DNA from: Sphyrna mokarran
Lineage: Eukaryota
Reading direction: 5' to 3'
Assembly (NCBI GenBank): GCA_024679065.1
Contig: JAGIQG010000013.1
Span: 40,858,001 to 40,922,000, forward strand
Length of the DNA: 64,000 bases
Part shown: piece by piece, positions 26,511-39,984 of the stretch
How positions within the stretch are numbered: position 1 is the first letter of the stretch
Layout of the letters: every line of letters begins with the position of its first letter
Position numbers and translations under genes: made by a program
Notes under the pieces: generated by a model
The model's database searches: none
What the model was told of the DNA's origin: nothing
What the model saw: the letters and a program-made list of their open reading frames with translations, nothing else

Positions 26511-28605
26511 CATTTAAGCCCATTGCTGCATCAATAAACATTATGTCCTTGACTCCCTGCTATTTTGTCTCCAATATTTTAGAGAACATACCTGACCCAT
26601 GCTCCAAATTTTACCCACTCTTGTCTATATACTGTTCATGTACAAGGCAGGCAGTTAGTGGATCCTTTCTCTGATTTGAAAAACCAGCTATTTACTGTAT
26701 TTCCAATATAGAAAGGAGCACAAGACAGGTCATCGCAGGCTGTGTGATCAATTCCCACGAGGTACCTTGGTGACCACAAGTTGTGATTCCACAGCATTCA
26801 TGGATGTATCAGGAAATCTTCACTATTGGCCGGTACAGCAAGGAATTAAGCATACTATAAACCTGAATTTTATAATGATTATTTTAAAAGTACCCATTTT
26901 AGCTTGAACAGTTATTTATTTTATACATGCTGCATCATTGTTTTGGGGTGGGGGGGGGGGCGCGGGGAGGGTTGGAAGCAGGTTAATTGCAAATATTGGG
27001 CTTTGCTCAAAGTCTACCTCCAGAAACCTGAATAGAAAATCAGTCACTCTTCTATCCAAAACAGAGCAGCCAGCAAACAAAACAGTCTCAAATACAGATC
27101 TAGATCTACAGTGCAATGGCAAAACACATTTTTACATCAACATGCTGCATAATCAAAATGTTGAAAATATAATTTCATTTTTTGGAGAAATATAATGTAT
27201 ACTCACACAATGATATTCAAGAAGAGTTTAACGTGGACTGATCCATTAGAAGTCATAGAACATGATTGAAACAAGGCTATTGCCATCTACTTATCATTAT
27301 CAATTGATCAAAACTATCAAAATAATTTTGCATTGAAAAGTATGTTGCTGAAAAAGGGATTCTATTGTCTTGATAAAACAATGTGAAAAGTATTTAAAAA
27401 GTACTGTTTTTTCACAAGTAGATACCGTGTAGATATTATTACTGTTAGATTTGGCAAGACACAGTGTAAAGGCTGTGCCTCTAAATAGCCCACACCAATG
27501 TGCCCCCTTGTGGATTCTAAGCTCTTTCAACAGTCTGTCAAAACATTTTAAGTATGTGTTTTTTTTGGTAACCTTTCAAAGGGCATTAAGCAAAAATCTG
27601 ATATTGCACACTGTTTTCAAGTGCAGTGTACTGGCAAACATTCCTGCATCTTAATATCTTCCCAGGCTCACAAACATTCCCACAGTAATTATACATTCAC
27701 CGTTTTTATAAACAATAGCTGTTGTCTGGGGGAACGTATGGGAATCTCAGAAGAGTTCACAAAGGCTAAGTGGTTTCTATGGGAACAATTGAACATACAG
27801 GCAGTGAAAATATGTATGTATAATATCATAAATTTTTAATTTGTTTTGTATAATCTTTCTCAATTTATTGCAAAATTCAATTGTCTTAATAGTTTCTGTT
27901 TACCAAAAAGCAAGTAGCAAGAGAAAGATACATGGTGTTTTATAATGCATGTTTTTATATACAATGCCAATGAACATTACATTGACATTTTACTCTTCCT
28001 AAAGTGTGGCATTAATATGTTTATAATTAAATTAAATTTGAAAACAGTGTTAATGATCTAAATGAGTTAAATTTGACATTCTCTATGAAATGAACAGAAA
28101 TTGATATAAAAACAAAAATGTTGGAAACACAGCATAAGTATCAACATCTTGATGCTTTTTTCATTGTGGATCCTTCATCTGAATTGATCCAGGTATAGTG
28201 AGATTGCCACAAAAAATGTCATCACACATCCAATTCATTGCAATATTACTTCATAGCTGACTGAGGGCTCATTTGACCTTGGAATCTCATTGTCAAATGA
28301 AGAATATCACAAGTATTGACAGATATTTATAAGGACAGAAATAGATCTATGCAGCCTAGTTCTTCCATTTATCTTTTCCTGACTCTCATGTTGTTGTAAC
28401 ATGGTATTGTACTCCAATCCATTTTTTTGATTCATCACCTCCTTTCCTCTTTCACAGATGAATAAATGACCCCCATTGATTATTCACCTGATGTTTTCCT
28501 TCCTGCCTCTTTGAGAAGACACCTTCTCTATGCATTACACTTGTTTGGCAGCCCAGCAAATGCATTATGAATAGTCACAAAAACAAATTTAGATCCTGTC
28601 ACTTT

Positions 28606-29992
28606 ATAAGAACATAAAACTTGGGGAAGAATTAGGCCTCTTGGCCCATTGGGTCTGCTCCGCCATTCAATCATGGCTGGTACTGTTCTCATCCCCATTC
28701 TCCTGCCTTTTCCCCATAACCCCTTATCCCTTTTTAATCAAGAACCTATCAATCTCTCTCTTAAAGACACTCAATGACCTGGCCTCTACAGCCTTCTGTG
28801 GCAAAGAGTTCCACAGATTCACCACTTGCTGGCTGAAGAAATTCCTCCTCATCTCTGTGTTAAAGATCATCCCTTTACCCTGAGATTGTGCCCTCTGGTT
28901 CTAGTTTTTCCTACTAGTGGAAACATCCTCTCCACTTCCACTCTATTCAGGCCTCACAGTAAATTTCAAATAAGTTCCCTCTTCATCCTTCTAAACTCCA
29001 AATACAGAGCCAGAGTTCTCAAAAGTTTCTCATATGACAAGCTTTACATTCCAGGAATAATTGTTCTGAACCTCCTGTGGACACTTTCCAAGGCCAGCAT
29101 ATCCTGCCTTCGATGCAGGGCCCAAAACTGCTCACAATATTCCAAATGGGGTCTGACCAGAGCTGTGTACAACCTCAGAAGTACATCTCTGCTGTTGTAT
29201 TCTAGCCCTCTCAACATGAATGCTAACATTGCATTTACCTTCCTAACTGCCGACTGAACCTGCATGTTAACATTAAGGGAATCTTGAACAAGGACTTCTA
29301 AGTCTCTTTGTGCTTCTGATTTCCTAAGCATTTCCCCATTTAGAAAAAAGTCTATGCCTCCATTCCTCCTTCCAAAGAGTATAACCTCACATGTTTCCAC
29401 ATTGTATTCCATCCACCTCTTTTTTGCCCTTTCTTCTAACCTGTCCAAGTTCTGATGCAGCTCCCCTGCTTCTTCAGTAATACTTGTCCCTCTAAACATC
29501 TTTGTATCATCTGCAAACTTTGTAACAGTGCCTTCAGTTCCTTCTTCCAAATAGTTATTGTTGTGAAAACGTTTGGTCCCAGCATCAACCCATGAGGCAC
29601 ACCACCAGTCACCAGCTGCCATCCTGAAAAAGACCCCTTTATCCCCACTCTCTGCCTTTTAGCAGTCAGCCAATCCTCTATCCATGCCAGGATCTTACCC
29701 TTAACACCATGGACTCTTAAACTTATTTAACAGTCTCCAATGCAGCACCTTGTCAAAGGCCTTCTGGAAATCTAAATAAATCACATCCACTGGTTCTCCT
29801 TTATCTAACTTTCTTGTTACCTTCTCAAAGAACTCTAACAAATTTGTCAGATATGACCTCCTTTTGAAGCTGTGCTGATTCAGTCCACTTTATCATGCAC
29901 TTTCAAGTACTCCGCAATCTCATCTTTAATAATGGATTCTAAAATCTTGCCAATGACTGAAGTCGGGTTAATCAACTTATAATTTTTCATCT
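28606..29992 (-). mobile_element. Degenerate CR1 LINE 3' fragment
   Basis: Contains KFADDTK, RPHLEYC and PTSVIGKILESII frames; CR1 tail at the left end. Confidence 0.9.
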
Positions 29993-30829
29993 GAACCTCG
30001 ATGTAGATGGTAACACTTTCAAACACTAATGCTTGGGACATTCTCAGTCCTGAAACTAAAACCAAACCTAGACATAGATAAACATCTCTGTTGACGTCAT
30101 TGTGGAAAGGGTCACATGAACTGACCTCTATATGCCTTTGAGAGCTGAGAAATCTCAGACTGTTGTTTTAATATCAACTGAAAACAAATCCAGCAGCTCC
30201 CAGCTGAACAATCAGCTGGCAACCATCCCTTAACACTTTGAAACCTGTTTGATTTTAAAAGTCTCCGATCATCACCTGCCAAGTGGTCTACACAAGGAAA
30301 GACCATAGTGCCGCAGCACCATTTATTTCACAGATTTTTATGTTGTTGTTTCCAACCAGAAACTTACCTAGACTGTACTCTGCCATGAAGGAGCCATTTC
30401 TGATCTTTGATGCAGAATCTGGAAATCATGGGAACAAAGCATCATTTCTCTGTGTGTTTTCATTGTTGTTGCTGATAGTTGTAAATCATCCCCCTCCTTT
30501 TTGAATGTGAATAAATTTACCTTTTGTGTTCATCATAATGAGGTTTGTGAGTTATTTGTAAATTGGATCATACAAACTGAGGGTTTGGAAAGAAGCCACA
30601 GCCTACTTAATAGAATGTCAAAATGTCTTTTTGTACACATGATGTATTTCTTAATCAAATTAAATTTTCAACATTTTGGTGGTATAGTATGTTGACATAC
30701 CAATGTGGTTTGCAGTTTTGAGATCTCTAGATCTTGAGTTCCAATTTTCAACATGCTAGAGCCCATTGATAACCCATTACACAGCACCAGCATCAGCAGG
30801 TGAACTTGGAAAATCAGGGAGGTAGTGGA

Positions 30830-31280
30830 TCCCAAGAAAAGGAATTTATGGAATGTCTAAGAGATTTTGTGTGGAGCAGCTTGTGACAGAGCCTACTAGG
30901 AAACAGGGAATCCTGGGTTTGGTGGTATGTAATGAGACAGACTTGATTAGGGAGATTAAGGTGAAGGAATCCTTAGGAAGCAGTGACCATGATATAATAG
31001 AATTTACCATGCAGTTTGAGAGGGAGAAGCTGGAATCAGGTGTAACATATTATGATTAAATAAAGGTAACTGTAAAGATATGGGAGGAGCTGGCCAGAGT
31101 TGATTGGAAAGGAAGCATAGCAGGGAAGACAGTGGAACAGCAATGGCAGGAGTTTTGGGGGATTATTTGGAGGCACAATGGGAATTCATCCCAAAGAGGA
31201 GGAAACAAACTAAGGGGAGGATAAGGCATCCATGGTTGACGAGGGAAGTCAAGGACAGCATAAATGCAACAAAAAGCATA
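30830..31280 (+). mobile_element. CR1 LINE internal fragment (end of the endonuclease domain)
   Basis: EQLVTEPTR...LGSSDH and HPWLTREVKD frames. Confidence 0.8.
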
Positions 31281-31542
31281 GTGGGAGTTGTGGGGGGGGG
31301 AACGGAAGGCAGGGAGAGGAATTAGTGGGAAGCCAGATGATTAGGAAGCCTTTAAAAGTGAGCAGAGGACAACTAAAAATGATTCAAAAACAACTCTGCT
31401 TATTGATGAATGGGGAGAGGATAATGGAATTAAGTTTCTCTCCTTCCTGTCCACAATATAGACCTTGGTAAACTGACTAGCAGATACTCGAGAAGGATTA
31501 AAGGAATCTTTATCCCATGAATGGTTATAAATTAGCTTGGCT

Positions 31543-31955
31543 GAAAATAAGAAATAGGAGTGGGTCACTTAATCCTTCCACACTGCTCTGCCATTCAATA
31601 AGATCATGGCTGATCTAACAGTGATTTTGACTCCATATTCCTACTTACCCTGCACAATCTTCGATTCCCTCCTACATCAAAAACCCATTTAATTCAGCTT
31701 TGAATAGTTTCAATGACCCAGTATTCACTGCTCTCTGGTGTAGTGAATTCAAAGCTTAAAGAGTCTCTGAGATCAGACATTCCTCTTCATTTCCACCCTG
31801 AAATGAGAATTCCTTTAGTTTGAAACCATATTCCCATTTCCAGATTCCTTCATGAGGAGAAACATCCTCTCGCCATCTACCCCGTGAAGCCCCATCAGAA
31901 TCTTAAGAAGATTACCATTGGTTCTTCTAATCTCTAATGAATATAGGCTCAACCT
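31543..31955 (-). mobile_element. CR1 LINE 3' terminal fragment
   Basis: Similar to the 3' ends at 10596 and 28606 (gccattcaataagatcatggctgatc). Confidence 0.75.
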
Positions 31956-34593
31956 ATAGGCTGGATAATCATCAACATTTTTGTGCAATACCTCAGAACC
32001 TCATCATTCTAGTATCAGTTTGCTGGATCAAATTAATTCTAATCTCCCTTCACCCTGTGTTTTATCTCCAGGGACCATTTCATCTCCCAAGGTAATTTTC
32101 ACTAGCTGTTGCAGGGCAACAAGCTTGGGTTTAAATAAACACTCTGTTTTTAACTCCTTGCTAGGCATACTGCAGTAACAAAAACTCCAGTATAACTCAC
32201 TCTAAAATGTCAGAATTGTATAATCCCTACAGTGTTGAAGGAGGCCATCGAACCTGCACCGACAACAATCTCACCCAGGCCTAATTTCCATAATCTCACG
32301 TAACTTTTCTTTGTGCTGCAGTCATGTTTACCTCACACCCTTGATTACCTCTGCCTACCATTTTTTATATTTTAATCTTCTTACTTTTTATTACAGTTCT
32401 TGTTTCTCTTTGCCTTGACACCTTGTTTATGTTCCCATTCTCCTGCCATTCTAATTTAAACCTTCCCCAATCCCACATATTTACCCTGCTAATCCTCATA
32501 ACAATAATGGACAATTTATTATGGCCAATCTACCTAACCTGCACATCTTTGGACTGTGGGAGGAAACCGGAACACCCAAAGGAAAACCAGGCAGACACAG
32601 GGAATGGGCAAACTCTGCACATCCAGTCACCAAGTTTGGAATTGAACCAGGTCCTTGACACTGTGAGGCAATAGTGCTAACCACTGTATTATCATGCTGC
32701 CCTGAATGTGAGAGCATACCCCTGACCATAACTATTGCTACAGACAAATTTTATATTCCTTTTCATTGCTCATGATCAATACTTCTAACCAGAGATTAGC
32801 AAAAATGCAATGTCTCATTCATTGGACTCACCCACACTTTCATACACACACATACAAAATTAAATATAATAAAGATAAAAATAGGAGTTATAAAAATGGA
32901 GTTTATCTCACCAGCAATTTTACCAGCTCATCCCATCAGTTGATTGGTGTAGTGAGTTAGTAAGATTGGGCAACTGGCGGGAAATTGGGTTCACGTCCAG
33001 TTTTTCAGCTTTTGCAACATTACTGGCACTGACTGCTGGTGAAATCAAGGGTGTGAAACCAATTCAATGCTCATTAGTTCATTTTTATATAATTATTGAG
33101 TCCTGGATGCTGTCATCCAAGCTCACTTGCTCTTTCTTGCTCACTGGTCGAGGCCCTCACTATTCAGAGCCTGAAGGGGCAGGGCCTGAAGGAACAAATC
33201 CATGATGAGGAGCAGCGCCATGAAAGAGGATGGTGGAGGGTAGCTCCACTGGGCAGGGGTTGGGGAGGGAAGGGAGTATTCTGCAGACTGAGAATCCATT
33301 GGAGAAGCAATCATGGATGTCCAGGGCAGCAATCAGGTCGGAGGGCGATATCTGTGTACATTGTGCACTGGGAGATCGGAGCGCATGTGCAATGGCATCC
33401 CTAGAACTCAGCAGCCTGCTTCCCAACATGAATATTTTCTGCCCCTCCCCCCACAAGCGAGAATCTAAACTCTTTTTAACTAAATGCCGTACAATAGCAG
33501 CTGGGAGCTCACCCAAACTCACTCCTGTTTTCACATTCATTCAGCATTTGGTAAGATCACCCCCTCAGCCATTCACAGGCCAATTGTTTCTTATCCATTG
33601 GGTTCTGAACATTCTTTTCTCATTGCCAAGCATCTGTAGAATCTGGCGCTTTTGCTGTTGCTGCGCCTGCTTTGGGCCGGATACATTCTTTTACTGAATC
33701 TGCACATGTTGGATCAGGACATATGTGTAGTTTGATCTTGGGATGTGTGGCAGCATTACAGATCTAACACAAACTCTCTCCACTTCCACCACTCTTATAG
33801 CTCCGAAAGCACGGCCACCTTCCCCTCCCTGCTCTTACTGGCTTACTACCATGTGATCATACCAGTTCATCATCCTATCTCAGGTGATTTTGAAGTTGGA
33901 ATAGGATATAAGAGGAACTTTCTTTCACTTTTAAGGTTTTGCTTTTGGGTACTTTGGCTGTTTGACTGATTGCAGTGGTCTAAAGATTTTGATGTTATTT
34001 CGTGGATTCTCTGATGTAATTTAGCTGGAAGGTTGCTGCTATACATTTTAAAAGCAGGGAACAAAGATGGCCACCTTAACCATGTGATCTCATATCAAGT
34101 GCCAAGTTATTGTTCAAATAAGGTGTTGGATTAATTTGATAAGCATTCTGGACTGTGGATCTTCACACCTGTGTCTTCAGACAAAGTGTTTTGTGTTTGA
34201 AAGGTAGACTATGATATTATAATGAAGTATCAATGGGTTTTGTTTATCTTTTGGTCAGCTCATAAACATCTGTCAATAACGTGCTCTTTTAATCTCTCTG
34301 GAAACAGAGCAGTTTCAATCCACAAGCGAAATCTGATGATTTCAGAGAACCATTTCTTCGACCTTTAAAACTGCAGCTTGTAAAATGGGCCGATAATTTG
34401 TAATATCTATAGTGCAATATTGGGCCTGACATTTACACAACCATGTCCCATTGAACAGCAATTTTACCAGTTAAAGGCCAGGCTGTTCAATGTTAACTGA
34501 AACCACATTTGGTAGATATTGAACTCTGCTCTCATATACTTTTCTGAAAGGTGATGGGAGCGATTCTCCCAGCCCTCTGTGCTGCTTTAGCAG

Positions 34594-34938
34594 TAAGAAG
34601 TCTCACAACACCAGGTTAAAGTCCGACAGGTTCATTTGCTAGTAAACGCCACTAGCTTTCGGAGTGCTGCTTCTTCGTCAGGTGAGCAGGGAGTCCTGAT
34701 TACAAACAGGGCATATAAAGGCACACACAGTTTACAGAATATTGATTAGAATGCGAGTCTTTACACCTAATCAAGTCTTAAAGGTGCAGACAATGGGAAT
34801 GGAGATAGGATTAAGCATAGCTTAAAGAGATGTGTATTGTTTCCAGACAGGACAGTAAGCGATCCCAAGATCTTCAGTTCATGTCACGCTATCTGTAACC
34901 CCCATGATTTGCCTGGGCTTGCAACATCTCACTTACTG
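34594..34938 (-). mobile_element. Penelope-like element fragment with an inverted 5' segment (34860-34938)
   Basis: 34594-34858 is colinear with ~63684-63953. 34860-34938 matches the adjoining segment (~63947-64000) in reverse orientation. Confidence 0.7.
34648..34687 (-). ncRNA. Minimal hammerhead motif with a damaged stem II
   Basis: GCUCAC-CUGACGA-A-GAAGC(AGC)ACUCC-GAAA-GC-UA-GUGGC. Confidence 0.55.
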
Positions 34939-34944
34939 CCTCCA

Positions 34945-35468
34945 TCAGATAGAGCATTGAGTATAAAAATTAGCAAGTTATGTTACAGCTGTATAAAACT
35001 TTAGTTAGGCACATTTGGAACATTGCATGCAGTTCTGGCTGTTACTGGAAGGATATGGATGCTTTGGAGAGAATGCAAAGAAGGTTTACTAGAATGTTGC
35101 CTGGTCTGAAGGGTTTTAAATATGAGGAGGGTTTAGATAAACTTGGACTGTTTTCACCGGAAAGATGGAGGCTAAGGGGTGACCAGATAGCAATCTACAA
35201 AATTATGAAGCATAGATAGGGTTGACAGGTTGATGACGAAAAGGCACAGCTTTAAAGTGAGAGGTGGTATGTTTAGCAGAGACAGGTGGAGAAAGTTTTT
35301 CACGAGAGTGGTGAGTGTCTAGAAAGCGCTGCCAGAAGAGGTGGTGGATGTAGGCATGTTAGTCACTTTCAAGGTGTACCTTGATAGAAACATGAACAGG
35401 AGGCAAACAGAGGGATAGAAACTGTGTATTGGCAAAGGGCCTGTTCTTATGTTGTATTGTTCTTTGTG
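34945..35468 (+). mobile_element. CR1 LINE 3' fragment
   Basis: MLQLYKTLVR...RRFTRMLPG...RLRGD frame followed by a gggcctgtt tail. Confidence 0.85.
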
Positions 35469-36590
35469 ATTAGCAATTGGAACAGAAAGCTCTAAGTTCA
35501 TTCCTATTAACAGTTTTGAATTCCTGCCTGGAACCATCATATCAACTTTGAGACACTCACTATCATCAGCCCATTGACTAAATCATTAAAATGCAAGCTT
35601 ATTCTAACTCCTTCATCCAAAGCAAAGGGAAATGCTAATGATGAGAGTTTGAATCCCTAAAGATGAATACAAAAATTTCAGAATAGATACTGCAGCAGCC
35701 AACATTCTAAGTGCAACAACCAGGTCAAATGGGAATGGTGCATCAGTAGCTGATTTACTGTAAAATCATTTCTTATGCATTTTTGGTAAACAGAATACAA
35801 GGTAGATTTTCTGATTATCATTCCCAGCTTCTGAAAATTGAATGAATTCCCATCTTTTAAAATTAACAGATGGAAAATCATATCTGTGTACAGAATTTTT
35901 GATGTATTCTTCTTAGACAATGCCCTTAGCTTGGACTTTGCAATGGAAAATCAATCTTGGTAAACCAGTGTAAAAATAGCTGATGCAGTGCTTATTGACC
36001 AACACCGACTGTCAAGACTTAGCAGCTGAGTTTGAAGATAGGTCTGTAGCCTTCCAACAACTTGATGGCCAGTAGGTATCAGGAATTAGATTTTACTGGA
36101 TGACAATCCAATATCTCCAGGAGCACTAACTGAGTGAAAGTTCACAATGTATACTTTCAGCCTGCCTCTAATCAGCAATTCACAAAAATAAATGGGAGCA
36201 ACAAGATGGATAGAGAAAATAAGGAACGATTCAATGTTTGGTTCCTTACTCAGTAAATAACATGTGCCAGCAAAACCCAGCCTAGCAAATCAAAGAATTT
36301 CACAGTTACAATTTTTTTGCTTGCATTGTGGATGTTGTATTGTACAACAGGATTTAGAATGATTAGAGGAATGTTATATTTGCATTCCTTCGTTGATCAA
36401 GGAACTCTTGTGAACTGCCAGTCTTTTTCTGATTACCATTAATGTCATATCAGCATCATATGGTAATGGAATAATGTAGTGAAACAATATAATGTAATTA
36501 TATAATCAAAGAATTGTACAATTAAAGTTTCTTGAATTTCTTGATATTATCCTTCCATTGCGTTGTCGATGTTGGCTCGTAAGACAGAAT

Positions 36591-36650
36591 TTAGAATTTT
36601 GGCTTGGGGATTGTTGGTGAATAATCTGTAAGAATGCTCACCATTGCACC
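36591..36650 (-). CDS. OTC: Ornithine transcarbamylase exon 10 (last; GAMVSILTDYSPTIPKPKF*)
   Basis: Acceptor ttttttttccccacag| followed by 60 nt ending in TAA; matches the human C-terminus AVMVSLLTDYSPQLQKPKF. Confidence 0.96.
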   Translation of the reverse strand, partial: GAMVSILTDYSPTIPKPKF

Positions 36651-38842
36651 CTGTGGGGAAAAAAAAGGACAAAAATTAGAAGTAATTCATCTTTAAACAA
36701 CGATAATTCCTCAGCTGTACAATGCTGTGCTTCCGTTTGGAGGACTTGTATGTGAATTCTGTTTCTGACATTTAAGTTAAGCTAACTTCTGCAAGTAGGA
36801 TAGCAGTTAGAATGCTTCACTACAATAGATTCTATTCAATATTAAAAAATGTAGTGAGATTTATTTCACATGATGAAATATCCCAATTAGTAGCCAGTAG
36901 CCAATAGTAACCAAGTCCATGTGAAGATGACGGAAACTTTAACAAGGACCATCACTCAAACATGTATTACAGAAGATACAAATGGTACAATTTTATGATT
37001 TTCACTTTACCTCTAATGCTTGATACATAAGGGGACATTACACAAATAAATTATTAAACCCAGATATCGTTCAGCATGGATATATTTAAACTTCTGACCT
37101 TACCCAAACAAGTATTGCATTTGGCAGCCTAGTGACTAATTATTTTAGTAGTTCCAACCCAGTTTAGCTGGTTCGCCTCCTTTAAAAGGAATTATACTTC
37201 CCACTTCAACATTACTTCAACTATAATCCTTTTCTTTGTCATTATCGCAGCTTGCACTTATATACAGCTGTAACATAGTAAAGCTATAGAACCTATAACT
37301 GTAGCAAAATGTCTCAAAGTGCCTCACAGGAACATTATCCATAAAAATGATACTGAGCCAGACAAGGCGATATTAGGAGAGTTGGCCAAAATCTTTGTCA
37401 AAGTGATAGATTTTCAGGAAGATTTGAAAAAGAGGAGGGAAGTGTTGAAACTGAGAAGTTTAGGGAGGAAACTACACATCACAGGGCCAGATCAACATTG
37501 ATCAAAGAAGAATCACTATAGTGCAGAAAGTGGCCATTCGGCCCATTGAGTCTACACTGACTTTCCGACTGAGCATCTCATCAAGGTCTTATCCCTGTAA
37601 CTCCACATATTTACCATATTAAAACTACACATCTTGAGACATTAAGCAGGCAATTCAACTTGGCCAACCTAACCAGCTCATCTTTGGACTGTGGGAGGAA
37701 ACTGGGATGACCAGAGGAAACTCAGGAGAATGTGCAGACTCCATACAGACAGTCACCCAGGCTGGAACTGAATCTGGGTCCCTGTGCCACCATGGTGGGA
37801 GGAACACAGAGTTCTTGGAAGGTTGTAGTGCTGAAGGAAGTTTGAAGTTGGAGGTAGGGAGATACAAGGCCTGGAGAAAGAGGAAACAAAATTGAGACAG
37901 CTATTTTTCATAGCATTTACCATTATAATGCTCCATTAAATGCTAAATGTCCTGGTTGGGAGCACAACTCAAGTAATCACAAGTTGTACATATAATAAAT
38001 CTCTCTCAATGAGGTTTTAATTTTTTCAATTTAAGTTGATAAAAAGTGAAATGAGCTGCACTAGTTGTAAGTAGAATGATTTGGAAAGGAGAAATATAAT
38101 GCTGAAAGGAATTGGTAGGTATTATTTGTTCCATGTCAGAATCTCCACTCCCATGAAATTTTATTACACCCATGTTTGAAGCAATTGTTATTAAAGGTGC
38201 ACTAAGCTTCCTTTTGACACAAAGTCACGGTCTGATTCTTGTTTCTCCTTTAAGACTATAAAGGTCTAGTGCTGAATAACACAAACAAATTAGCTGGCTT
38301 GTCCTTGTAATCTTTATGAAAGTGCACTAACAAACATAATCAAACAGCTGCTCACTAGTGATGGAACACTGTTTGAATGTTTAATATGATTAAACGGTCC
38401 TATTGTGTAGTTCCCAACTTCAGAAATGTAAAAGGAGGTCCAGCAAACAACCTGGGATATTTCAAAACAATGAAATTAAATTTTTTACAAAGATTGTATC
38501 AAGTGGTTGCAGTTCTCCTGTAACCATTGCAAAGCCCATGATCTGCAGGGCTAATTCATAGAGGTGATCTCGCCACCTGCTAAATTTTGAATCATTCCCA
38601 GATTAACCACTTCAACGCAGTTAAGGCAAACTTTGTGAAAAGCGCATCAAGTTAAAGGAACAGCAATATAAAATGATTCATTAAAACAAAACTTGCATAG
38701 TTACTCAAAAAGAACATACTTGGCTCATCAATTATTATGACAATATAAGAAATTATGGACCAGAAATATAAGATATTCACTAATAAATCCACTGGGGAAT
38801 TCAGTAAAAACCTATTTACTCAGAGAAGTGAAACTCATTACA

Positions 38843-39160
38843 TCTGGGCTTTTTCCCCAAGGTGGAAGAGTCAATTACTAGGGGGCATAGGTTTAAGGTG
38901 CGAGGGGCAAGTTTTAAAAGAAATGCATGAGGCAGATTTTTTACACAGAGTGGTGGGTACCTGGAACCTGTTGTCAGGGGAGGTAGTGGAAGCGGATATG
39001 GTGACTTTTAAGAGGCATCTTGACAAATACATGAATAGGATGGGAATAGAAGAATATGGTCCCCAGAATCATACAGGGTTTTAGTTAAGTCAGACAGCAT
39101 GGTTGGTGCAGGCTTGGAGGGCTGAAGGGCCTGTTTCTGTGTTGTAATTTTCTTTGTTCT
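38843..39160 (+). mobile_element. CR1 LINE 3' terminal fragment
   Basis: RVVGTWN...FKRHLDKYM frame and a gggctgaagggcctgtt tail; closely resembles 61225-61605. Confidence 0.8.
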
Positions 39161-39434
39161 TATATCAGCTAGTCTCATGTGTTATCAACACACAGATCAA
39201 TAGGCAGGTAGATTGTAGCAGTAAATCCCTAATGGACTCATTAAAAAATCACAAGTAACATTGTTATAGCTCATTACATATTATTCTATCTTTGAAACTT
39301 AATGACATGCAATATATCTAGTGATGTTGTTGTATGGTCTGTGTGGGTTATAAATATTTGAGAAAGATTTCCTTTTGTTCTTATCACAGCTGCAGCTTTC
39401 GCAAACTGTGAAGTCCAATATTGTGTTTTCTTAC

Positions 39435-39572
39435 CATGATTGTCCATTTCCTATTTTCAGCTTCTTGGAAAACCAGTGATCTTGGGGAATAAAATACTTC
39501 ATCATCAACTTCCTCCGGTTTTCGTGGCAAACAGTGCATGAATACCCAGTTGGGTGCAGCTGATTGTCCGGT
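39435..39572 (-). CDS. OTC: OTC exon 9 ([46 protein letters not shown])
   Basis: 138 nt with cag|...|gtaag boundaries; contains the HCLP and EAENR transcarbamylase motifs. Confidence 0.98.
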
Positions 39573-39751
39573 CTGAGAGATGGGTAAAAGGCAAAAAGGC
39601 ATCAGTTATTGAATACAACTGTACAATTTTAAGGCAGTTTGGTGCTGATTTTTATGTACTTACCATGGACAGCCTCCAATACCAGGCAAATGGCTCTTAC
39701 TGCTTATCATCGCTATTGAAGTCAATTATAAAAGGTACTGCATATATTAAG

Positions 39752-39984
39752 ATAAAGGCAAAATACTGTGGATGCTGGAGTCAAAACAAAAACAGAAAAT
39801 GCTGCAGAATCTCAGCAGCTGCAGAATCTCAGCATCAATAGAGAGAGAATAGAGCCAACGTGTTGAGTCAGGATGACCCTTTGTCAGAGTTGATGAAGGG
39901 AAATCCTTGCTTGAAATGTTGGCTCTATTCTCTCTCCACAGATGCTGTCAGACCTGCTGTGTTTCTCCAGCATTTTCTGTTTTT
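39752..39984. mobile_element. Fold-back short element with hammerhead-like motifs on both arms and a 17-bp TSD
   Basis: GTACTGCATATATTAAG at 39735-39751 and 39985-40001; the arms are reverse complements centred near 39888. Confidence 0.8.
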
